DNA of 63,849 nucleotides, filler included, from Barthelona sp. PAP020 (Eukaryota): NCBI GenBank assembly GCA_040182905.1. It is 4 parts of 4 records of this genome, joined end to end, with 100 filler letters (N's around TTAATTAATTAA, not from the genome) between each part and the next. Parts side by side here need not be neighbours in the genome. Positions count along the whole stretch, not along the records: positions 17,755 to 35,441 come from JARQWU010000238.1; positions 35,542 to 53,138 come from JARQWU010000239.1; 2 more parts are not named here. One strand, 5' to 3'. Shown piece by piece: positions 32,254 to 41,053 of this stretch (position 1 is its first letter; each line of letters starts with the position of its first letter). The notes under the pieces were generated by a model. It saw only the letters and a program-made list of their open reading frames with translations, ran no database searches and was not told where the DNA came from. The position numbers and the translations under genes were made by a program.

Positions 32254-33960
32254 TTGTTTCACAACTTGACCAATATTTTAAATAATCTACCAAAAAATGA
32301 TGAAGCGGCTGTCGCAACTTTTAACACTTTTGTAAATGTTTTTAATGTTGATAAATTTATTGAAAAAACAGATCGCCAAGATTATTTAAATACATTATCA
32401 CAAGTGGGGACAACATTTAACACACCTGAAATTAATACTGCTGTGGATGCATTAAATTTTGGTTTTAAACTGGAGGATTGTATTTTAGATTGTTGCACCG
32501 GCAATGTATTAGGTTTAATATCAGCGGGTTTGTCCCTCGGCAGTAGTTTGTTTAAAAAGAAACAGAAAACGAATAATTCAGGAATGGAAAAAATGTTTTC
32601 AGCATTATTTAAAAACTTAAATGTAATTAATAAAAATTTAAATGAACTTAGTAATCTATGTGCTAAGGAATTTAGAATATTAAGAATGAAAATGGAAGAA
32701 AATAATCAAGACATTGGTGATTTACAACAATTTCTCACACATGTTATTCCAAAATTATTAATAACTGTTGATGATGAAGGTCTCGACGAGCCTGAAAAGT
32801 ATTATCGGGCTGCGAAACTTTCTTTTGATGACGGTGTTAATTTATATGCCGGTTTAGCATTTCAACGAAATTTCAGAGACAGAATGATGTTTAAAGTACC
32901 TGCAAAATATATGGGAACAATAATTGAATTATTTAATGAACAAAATACCTTACCTGATGTAACACATTTTGTAAATTGTGTGAGATTTTATTGGGAATCT
33001 AATGATTTGACACATCGGGAACAGATAAAACGCATGATAGTTAAATGTATAAATATATCTGCCAACTTAAATTATGAAAATTTTCTAGCTTATTGTATAT
33101 CATTGATTAAAAAGGAAATTGCAACAGTTGAAGAAAACTTTTTAGATTTTTATAATCACAATTACGAACAACATGTACGTGCTAGAATTGCGCAAAATGG
33201 TTTAAAGGTTGATAAATCGTGGTATTTTACACATTCTAAGTGGCGCAAATATGAGTATATTAACCCACATCCCTTTAACGATATTGAAAGTTTCAAGTTT
33301 GTAGGAAATAGAGATCGTATAGGTTTATATGAAATTTATCAAAATGATGAAGATTATTTGTGGAATAACCAAGGTTCACTAAATGGTGCAATTACTTTTC
33401 CGATAATTTTCCATCTTGCTGAATTATATGGTTTAATAACGTTAAATGCAAGTTCTAACTATACAGGACGTCAAAATTATTTCTATATTCATGATGGAGA
33501 GTTTAAAGGTGAAGGAGATAAAAGAACAAATATGCATTGTATTTGTAATGGTGTAGGTTTAATGACATATCAACAACCTCAAAGTATCAGAGATATTGTT
33601 ACATTTAAAAAACCTTGGACTCCTGGTTGTGGACTTGGAATTGTTGATCAAGAAAAATATGATTATTATTCTTCTGAGCAATTTACACAAGATGTTTATG
33701 ATCAAATAAATAAAGACAAACAATACTTAATCGATGGTTTCACCAACTTTTATTTGAAATCGAATTCAATGATTAAAAATATTTTAAATCTTGGATTAGA
33801 TTTTGAAAGTAATTTAAATGAGATGCTTTATGATAATTCAAATCCTTTTGAATTTATCAAAAAGATAAAAATGTTTGATTTTAATTATACCATAAATTCA
33901 TTTGGTTATGATTATTTAACACAAATCTTTACAGAGCTGTATGTTTACTGTAGTGACTGA
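32254..33960 (+). CDS. Orphan protein with a Gly-rich hydrophobic segment followed by a coiled coil (alpha-pore-forming-toxin-like); no ATG at the ORF start
   Basis: 568-codon ORF beginning TTG straight after a TAG; TGNVLGLISAGLSLGSSLF followed by MFSALFKNLNVINKNLNEL. Confidence 0.6.
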   Translation: MFHNLTNILNNLPKNDEAAVATFNTFVNVFNVDKFIEKTDRQDYLNTLSQVGTTFNTPEINTAVDALNFGFKLEDCILDCCTGNVLGLISAGLSLGSSLFKKKQKTNNSGMEKMFSALFKNLNVINKNLNELSNLCAKEFRILRMKMEENNQDIGDLQQFLTHVIPKLLITVDDEGLDEPEKYYRAAKLSFDDGVNLYAGLAFQRNFRDRMMFKVPAKYMGTIIELFNEQNTLPDVTHFVNCVRFYWESNDLTHREQIKRMIVKCINISANLNYENFLAYCISLIKKEIATVEENFLDFYNHNYEQHVRARIAQNGLKVDKSWYFTHSKWRKYEYINPHPFNDIESFKFVGNRDRIGLYEIYQNDEDYLWNNQGSLNGAITFPIIFHLAELYGLITLNASSNYTGRQNYFYIHDGEFKGEGDKRTNMHCICNGVGLMTYQQPQSIRDIVTFKKPWTPGCGLGIVDQEKYDYYSSEQFTQDVYDQINKDKQYLIDGFTNFYLKSNSMIKNILNLGLDFESNLNEMLYDNSNPFEFIKKIKMFDFNYTINSFGYDYLTQIFTELYVYCSD

Positions 33961-34337
33961 TAATTTTTGTTTATTTTAAAAAAATGATTTAAATATTTGA
34001 AATGTATTTGTCTAATCTTCAAGGATTATTTTATGAAGAATATTTCTAAATTAACATATGTAATAAAAAGTCTGAAAGTTAGTCCTAGTCGCAAATTGAA
34101 CCTGTCAAAATTGATCTTTCAATTGGTTTTGAACAAATTTGTTTATCATGTTTATATTAAAAAAATTTCAATTTTAAAGACGTATAAACCGTTATTATTA
34201 TATATTAGTAATAATGAGAGTGGGTGAATCGATAAAGATATAATCTTGATTCGACTTGAGGATGTTAAAAATAAAACAATTAAAAAATCGCTACTACCAC
34301 TATTTTATCTATTTACGTTAAAAAATGCCAGACATTA

Positions 34338-34598
34338 TCACTTAGTTGCCTGTAGCAGGGCCCAAAACCCTGCGAGAAGCCAAGCCAGCCTGTACCTGAT
34401 GCGAGACCAAATTGTGTGTTTGACATAGGGAGAGACCCTTTGCAGACACTTGTTAAAGAAAGTTGAGACTGCCTGTGAAAAGAGACCAGTCTCTGAGAAC
34501 ACCAGAGGAACAAAGGCATATCCGAACTTGCACTTTTTGCGTCTTACTTTGAGGAATTTACTCGCCTGAATGTTATTGTGAGGGTGGAGACCGCTTTC
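34338..34598 (-). mobile_element. Remnant of a non-LTR retrotransposon (C-terminus of restriction-like endonuclease domain)
   Basis: 87-codon frame HPHNNIQASKFLKVRRKKCKFGYAFVPLVFSETGLFSQAVSTFF...LAWLL resembles the K..KY...F.P...ET.G tail of RLE-clade elements; GC-richer; stops upstream. Confidence 0.55.
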
Positions 34599-35233
34599 TT
34601 ACAAAGGAAACGATTCTTAACATTCTTTTTCTTGGCCTTCTTGAATTTACTCTCTGTGAAGAGCTCTCGAATCCACTCTTTATGCAAAATATATGTTGTT
34701 GTTAAATATCCGCTTGCCAGTGTTTCTCCTTTTTTATTGTTTTGGTACTCCCTTTAACAAGACCAATAAGTTCACCAAACCCGTTCTGAGCTGACCTGCC
34801 TTTTGTTGCAAAGAATCCACTTTCTATGTTTTTGAATTCCAAAGTATTTGTTTGATAAATTTCGTTGAAATTATCTTTCTTTGCTTGAACTTTTATCCAT
34901 CATGATTTGTGGCAAAATCAGTGTAGTTTTTTAAAAACAGTTTCTTTTTCTCTTTTTTTTTGGAAAAATTTCTTTTTGTGAATTTTCACTGTTTCAGCAA
35001 TCCTTGATTTGTGAAAATGGAGTTCCAATTTCTCTTTCAACAAAATATTTGCACACATATTTCTTTGTAGAAATTTGTTTTTCCCTTATTTATTGTCTCA
35101 GGATGTAGTTGGATTGAATGAAGAATAAGGTAAATGATTGTTAAAAGAGAAAAAATTTGTTGTTCTGTTAGTTCAAAAATGAAAAAATTGATTGAATAAA
35201 AAAATGGAAAATCTTTTTTTTTCATCATTCTTG

Positions 35234-35441
35234 ATGTCGAATGATCTAAAAGACTACCAAACGTCACTTTTAGATACTTTCAACGATTTTGGTGGCTTTC
35301 AAGAATTCATTGAAGAGGTAGATTTTGATTTAATCTTTATGTCTCTTTCTCAACACAATGTATTGATTTTAAATGTTGCAAAAGAGCTTCGAATTGGATT
35401 TACTAATGTGAAAAAAGTGGAAAAAGATGTTTTAATTTTAT
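35234..35441 (+). CDS. 5' end of a gene truncated by the contig junction
   Basis: ATG 35234 MSNDLKDYQTSLLDTF..., open to the gap. Confidence 0.5.
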
Positions 35442-35541
35442 NNNNNNNNNNNNNNNNNNNNNNNNNNNNNNNNNNNNNNNNNNNNTTAATTAATTAANNN
35501 NNNNNNNNNNNNNNNNNNNNNNNNNNNNNNNNNNNNNNNNN
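35442..35541. other. Artificial contig linker
   Basis: N44-TTAATTAATTAA-N44. Confidence 0.98.
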
Positions 35542-36079
35542 TCCATCAAAATGTATATCTCCAAATATCAATCGATCGCTGAAACAATGAGAAGTGCTTT
35601 TTTGGAATTCTCTGTTTTGGCCACAGATTTAGCAGTATGTAGCTTTGAAGATCTGATGGCTTTATGCGTGGTGTAAATTGTTTTTGTGTCACTAATTTCT
35701 TTTTATCAGCAGAAGTCCTATCAAGATCTGAACCCACTCTTCATTCAGACAAACATTTTTATTAAACAACCATTGTGGAATGTCTTTTTTTCATTGCTGA
35801 TACCACTCTGCAAAATCCCCTTTAACAATGCCTACAAACTCATTCAAAACGGTTAGGAGCTGGCCTATTATTTTAATGAATTCACTCTCTGTGTTTTTGT
35901 GTTGTTCACAAATGTCATTTTGATGAATTTATTCAAATGTTCTTTGTTGACCTATTCTATGCACTTGTATCCTTCATCTTAGAATTCTTACGATTTCATC
36001 TCATTGCTTGAGCTTTTCAATTTTGATATCCATTAATATCAGAAATTGCAAGAAGAAACCTCAAACACATTTATATTGT
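35542..36079 (-). pseudogene. Decayed coding-like sequence from a multicopy family
   Basis: Frame MDIKIEKLKQ*DEIVRILR*...EFIKIIGQLLTVLNEFVGIVKGDFAEWYQQ*KKDIPQW with scattered stops; its first ~67 nt recur at 53040 and ~61100. Confidence 0.4.
36013..36079 (-). repeat. Dispersed ~67-nt repeat, copy 1
   Basis: Reverse complement ACAATATAAATGTGTTTGAGGTTTCTTCTTGCAATTTCTGATATTAATGGATATCAAAATTGAAAAG is near-identical to 53040-53105. Confidence 0.92.
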
Positions 36080-36177
36080 CTTTAGTCCATTTAGGATGAA
36101 TTGCTAGAACGGCCTAGGAACCATTGGAAAGTTTTGTGAAACAATTCGGACAAAGGAAAAATAAAAATATTAACTTT

Positions 36178-38112
36178 TTACAAACAATTCTCCTCAACAA
36201 CATCCACAAAATTTTGAAGATACTTCCTTGCCAAATCAGACATTAAGTAATTATAAACCTTCTCTTTACAGTTGAAGGCATATTTTACTAAATAATCTTT
36301 CTGATCAACATCTAATTGTGTAAAATCAATGAGCTTTGTATCAAATGGAACATATATGGTAGATTCAAAAGTGTACATAACATCCTCATTGACAAAATCT
36401 GAATTTGAAACAGAATCAGGATGTTCCACTACCAAAACATCATTTTCCAAACGAATACCCCAATGGCCAACATGATAAGAACCAGGTTCAATTGTCACAT
36501 AATTATTTTTGGTTAATATTCCATCTAACGGGCATCTGGGCAACGATATACCTATAGGTCCTTGATGAACTTGCATACCATGTCCAACACCATGTCCAGT
36601 ACCATGTTTGAAATCATAATTCAATTTCCACAAATGTCTTCTTGCTAAACAATCCAATTGACATCCTCGTGTACCTTTAGGAAAGACAGTTATTGTTGTA
36701 TCAATTAAACCTTTCAAAACAGCCGTGTAATGCTCAATTTGTTTGTTGGTGGGTTCACCCAGATGTACAGTTCTGGTGACATCTGTAGTTCCAAATTTAA
36801 AATGACATCCAGTATCAACCAACAGAAGAGAATCTTTTTTCAAAGTATCGTTGCCATCGCGCCCAGTTCTGTAGTGTGGCAATGCTGCATTCGCATCACA
36901 TGCCACAATGGCTTCAAAACTATCACATATATAGTTGTCAATCAAAACTGAATGTTTATGCTGGACATTGTCATCAATAAAGTCAAAGATAGAATGATTG
37001 CTGAATACAACTGAACGAGCCTCATTTAGCAATTCACTAACATCAACTTCGGTCAAACCAACACCAGTTGCGTGTACTGCAGCATAGAATTCACAGAGAG
37101 CTGCAGAATCCAAAATACCAGCAATCTTTGTTCCGTATCTCTCAACATTATTTTTAACACTCATCATCTCATAGATTGGGTCTTCTTTGGAAATAACTTT
37201 CTTACATATTCTTTCCAAAACATTAGATGGGCCATACATAAGGTATTTGCTTGTCCACACAACTTTTTCCATCAAAAGTAGTTCAAATTCTTCAACAAAT
37301 GAGTTATACTCTCTCAATTGAATACCTACAGTTTGTAGATCTTTCCAAACGTCCGTATTTGACAATTTCTCATCAATTATACTTCTTCGAACAAATAAAA
37401 AGACCTGATCCAATGTTATGATTAAATGACTCAAAAATACTGTTTCAAACGGAATATCCCATCCTCTTAAATGAGTTATCCACGCAATTGTGTTGCAATC
37501 AGAAGTTACATATGCATCACACTGTAAGCTGCTCAACTTTTCCCTCAACTTATTAATTTGTTCAGAAGCATCACAACCAACAAACTTTTTGTCAAGCGCA
37601 TAAATTGGAGAATCACTCCCATGAGTTCTATTCTTCCAACCATCAATCAAACAGTTAATATCAATGATACGTATTTTACTTTCAATTCCTAATGTTTGAC
37701 ATGTCTCTTCTATCTTGTTAACAAATGCTGTAGGAACTAACTCGCCAAAAAATAACAAAGTACCACCAAACCTCATTTCGTCGGCCAGAATGTCACTTAA
37801 CTTTGGTTCTGAAGGATTGCCGATCAAAATAACTTCAAAATCATCAGTCTCCATTTGAGAAAGCGCTTGATCATAAAACATTTTAGGAACTCTTAGAATT
37901 TTCTTTGTTGAATTAATCAAAATAACCCCTGCATTTTCTTTAAACCCTGTTAATGCTCGTAATACATCCCATTCTTCAGTAACATGTTCATTCAAATGAG
38001 GATCAGCTGGATAAATTAACAACTGTGAATGTTCCTTGTTATAACCATTTTCTTCACAAATAAAAGCAAACAAATTTGTTAACTCTTCACCTAATTCTTT
38101 GCAAAACACCAT
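36178..38112 (-). CDS. Xaa-Pro aminopeptidase (M24B, XPNPEP1-like)
   Basis: AWITHLRGWDI, NAALPHY, DTG...GTTDVTRT, HGTGHGVG, IEPG.Y, GIRLEN. ATG at 38112. Confidence 0.93.
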   Translation of the reverse strand: MVFCKELGEELTNLFAFICEENGYNKEHSQLLIYPADPHLNEHVTEEWDVLRALTGFKENAGVILINSTKKILRVPKMFYDQALSQMETDDFEVILIGNPSEPKLSDILADEMRFGGTLLFFGELVPTAFVNKIEETCQTLGIESKIRIIDINCLIDGWKNRTHGSDSPIYALDKKFVGCDASEQINKLREKLSSLQCDAYVTSDCNTIAWITHLRGWDIPFETVFLSHLIITLDQVFLFVRRSIIDEKLSNTDVWKDLQTVGIQLREYNSFVEEFELLLMEKVVWTSKYLMYGPSNVLERICKKVISKEDPIYEMMSVKNNVERYGTKIAGILDSAALCEFYAAVHATGVGLTEVDVSELLNEARSVVFSNHSIFDFIDDNVQHKHSVLIDNYICDSFEAIVACDANAALPHYRTGRDGNDTLKKDSLLLVDTGCHFKFGTTDVTRTVHLGEPTNKQIEHYTAVLKGLIDTTITVFPKGTRGCQLDCLARRHLWKLNYDFKHGTGHGVGHGMQVHQGPIGISLPRCPLDGILTKNNYVTIEPGSYHVGHWGIRLENDVLVVEHPDSVSNSDFVNEDVMYTFESTIYVPFDTKLIDFTQLDVDQKDYLVKYAFNCKEKVYNYLMSDLARKYLQNFVDVVEENCL

Positions 38113-38164
38113 ATGAAAAAGAAAAATCTGATGTGATCCTTTGATTGATTGACAGATTTCTGCA

Positions 38165-38932
38165 ATGACAAATTTACGATTTCGAACAATAGCCTTCAAT
38201 TTTATACCCTTTTTGATTGTAACTATATATAATAATACTGTTAATACATTTCTAACAACAACTTTAATTTTGTCATCTTTATGTGTTTATATAATTGGTA
38301 TTAAAGATTCTTTTGTCACATATAATGATATTGTTGATGAAAAAGATCCTTCCATTATTAATGATGATGAATTCTATTGTGAAGAATGTGAATTTATTGT
38401 TCCTAGAAGAGCCAGTCATTGTAGAAAATGTGGAGTTTGTGTTAGCATGAGAGACCATCATTGTGATTTTTTGAGTATGTGTATTGGTGAAATGAACAGA
38501 TTCTGGTTTTTTGCATTTCTTGTTTTTGAATTTTTCTTTTTAACCAATTTGTTCATTCAAACTATCCAATTATTTTTTCTCAAGTCGTTTATATCAATAA
38601 TCTTAGCAATATTAATTGTTATAATTGATTTGTTTGCATTGATAATGCTGTTACCTCAATTGATAGGTAGTATCTTTTTTATCAGTACTAATTCATTACA
38701 ATGGGAACTAGCATGTTACAGAAGAATAACATATTTGAAAGGGGCAAAACATGCTTCTGGTTGGTATAACAAAGGATTTTTGCACAATTGGTTAGATTGC
38801 ATAGTTGATGGGCTCAAAATTTTTGTAAAAAATCCATCAAAAAGGAGATTTGGCAATCCAAATTTTTCCAACGAACATCTTTCTAAATTCTATCAACTAA
38901 TGTTAAAAGACTGCTTTGATTGCTTTGAATAA
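38165..38932 (+). CDS. DHHC palmitoyltransferase
   Basis: CEECEFIVPRRASHCRKCGVCVSMRDHHCDFLSMCIGEMN, TMs, YNKGFLHNW. Confidence 0.93.
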   Translation: MTNLRFRTIAFNFIPFLIVTIYNNTVNTFLTTTLILSSLCVYIIGIKDSFVTYNDIVDEKDPSIINDDEFYCEECEFIVPRRASHCRKCGVCVSMRDHHCDFLSMCIGEMNRFWFFAFLVFEFFFLTNLFIQTIQLFFLKSFISIILAILIVIIDLFALIMLLPQLIGSIFFISTNSLQWELACYRRITYLKGAKHASGWYNKGFLHNWLDCIVDGLKIFVKNPSKRRFGNPNFSNEHLSKFYQLMLKDCFDCFE

Positions 38933-39377
38933 TATATATGTCTTGTATCTAGTCAGTCTACTTCTCAATCGAAGACATATACCTGTTTATTTTTATTATT
39001 TCTTAAATTCTTCAATTATTTTAAAATTTTGGCATTTAAAATTTGAAAAATGCATACTAGTTCCTTCAAAAACCATATATAAACGAAATTTAGCTCTTTA
39101 TATTATTTCTTTTGTAAACTTAACTTCTATTTTTATTTCCTGTTTCCTTCTTTTACCATTTTATCAAATAGAATAAAAATTTGATATTTGTTTGTCCAAA
39201 AGAATGAATGAACCAAATCTGCAAGTTGTTTTCTAATTTTATACAATTGGGGTTTTTTCAATAATAATGTAAAATTCTACCCATATTTATTGTTATTCAA
39301 CAATAAATAATTAAAATAACCAAATCCATTGATTCTTTTTTGTAAAAACACCTTTTTTTTTTATTTTTATTCATTAA

Positions 39378-40751
39378 ATGTCAGATCCTGTTGAAGAATT
39401 TGCTGTAATAACACAAATAGACGATCGTGAAAGTATTAGACGATATATTGATCATTTTGGCGATGTAAATGTTGCCATTCAACAATACTTTGATTCACCA
39501 GAATCATTTGAAATATTTACACAAGCTAATTACATGATGAATAATGATATTAATCAAGTTAATGATTTACTTTCAGAACAAGAAATTGAATTTTCATATC
39601 AGCAGGATGAAGAACCTTCATCCCATCAACGTCAACAACCTGAATCAATTAATTCAGAACGTGAACGCACTAATGAAAGAAATGGCCGTAGAAATTCTTT
39701 CAATGAATCAATTAATGATGAACATTCACATATTCATGGTCATGAAAGAAGGAATCGTAATGAAGAAATTATTGGTTATTCCAGTGAGATGAACAAGATT
39801 TTCCGCAAAGATTATCCTGTATTACAAACTGGTAACTACATCATCCCCAAATTTGTTGATAAAACTTATTCAGAAGCAATTACTATTTCTTCCAGAGAAT
39901 CGAAATTATTACTGGTATACTTGCATTCCAAGCATCATTATTTAACTGAGACCTTTATTTTAAATGTTTTTTGTCAACCGGAATTTGCCCAATTTTTAAA
40001 CCGAAATTTTGTGATTGTTGGGTTTGAAACATCTACTAAAGAGGGATTCAACCTCATTTCTACGTTGAATATCACCATTTTTCCTACTCTAACGATCGTC
40101 AATCCAAAGTATGTTTGTAGTGTCTGTACTTTGAGTGGACGATCCTTAATAAATGTTGATAAATTAAAGAACAAAATCATAAGAGTTTTATCGAGCCTAA
40201 AAGAGATTTCAGCGGCTATTGAACATCAAGATCGAGAGGAAGAAGAAGATGAAACACAACCGCAAAACATAGACAGGACCAGTTTCATTCATGCCCAAAG
40301 TCGTGATCTGAACAGAAGGAGTGGAAGTGAGACTTCTGCTAATATCATTCAACAGGCTAATAATGCATACAATATAGCTATTACCAATGACTTAAGACGT
40401 TTAGAAGAAGCTAGAATGAGAGAAGAAGAAGAAAGAAGAAAAATCCAAAAAGAAAAAGATGAGTTTGAAAGATATAGTTCATTATTACCTGAAGAAGTCA
40501 ATGAAACAGAACTAAATGTAAGAATTACGATACAATTGCCAAATAATGAGAAAATTCTTCGACGATTCAGACCGTCTGAACCCATTTTTCATGTTTTGGT
40601 CTTTTGTTTTGTAGAGTTTGGATTCAAGGTGGATGAACACATTGTTTGTGAGAACTTCCCAAGAAGGGAATTCGACAATCAAATTACCTTTGAAGAAGCG
40701 AATATTAGAAGGAAAGCCTTATTATATATTCTTCCCAAGTCCAATAAATAG
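39378..40751 (+). CDS. UBA-UAS-UBX protein (FAF1/FAF2-like p97 adaptor)
   Basis: N-terminal UBA-like domain, KLLLVYLHS (UAS), IQLPNNEKILRRF and NFPRR (UBX). Confidence 0.88.
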   Translation: MSDPVEEFAVITQIDDRESIRRYIDHFGDVNVAIQQYFDSPESFEIFTQANYMMNNDINQVNDLLSEQEIEFSYQQDEEPSSHQRQQPESINSERERTNERNGRRNSFNESINDEHSHIHGHERRNRNEEIIGYSSEMNKIFRKDYPVLQTGNYIIPKFVDKTYSEAITISSRESKLLLVYLHSKHHYLTETFILNVFCQPEFAQFLNRNFVIVGFETSTKEGFNLISTLNITIFPTLTIVNPKYVCSVCTLSGRSLINVDKLKNKIIRVLSSLKEISAAIEHQDREEEEDETQPQNIDRTSFIHAQSRDLNRRSGSETSANIIQQANNAYNIAITNDLRRLEEARMREEEERRKIQKEKDEFERYSSLLPEEVNETELNVRITIQLPNNEKILRRFRPSEPIFHVLVFCFVEFGFKVDEHIVCENFPRREFDNQITFEEANIRRKALLYILPKSNK

Positions 40752-41053
40752 CTTAGTTATTATTTTATTCAAATCTGTGAATTTATGAATTTCCTTCACT
40801 TACTTTGTTTGAAAAGTCAGAAGAGACAATTGTTTAATAAAGTTGAACTGTTTACTCTTTTAAAAAAGAAAGAGATATCTTTTACATAATAAAAAGGAAA
40901 CAGAACTATTGTTATTTACACTCTAAAGTGATGAATTCATGTTACTTTGGTAATTATTTAAATACCACAAGGATAAGATTGGATAGAAAAAAAAGAAAAA
41001 TTTTTTAAAAACTGTTTACATTCAAACATCATTTTATATTTTCAATTGTTTAC

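Noticed and set aside
34340..34520. GC-rich hairpins suggesting a ribozyme or group I intron
   Set aside because: Core motifs are not in the correct order; better explained as an RLE retrotransposon coding remnant.
38113..38199. Apparent head-to-head overlap of the aminopeptidase and DHHC genes
   Set aside because: Arises from a TTG start in the ORF track; the ATG at 38112 removes the overlap. The same applies to the 8663 and other TTG/GTG starts.
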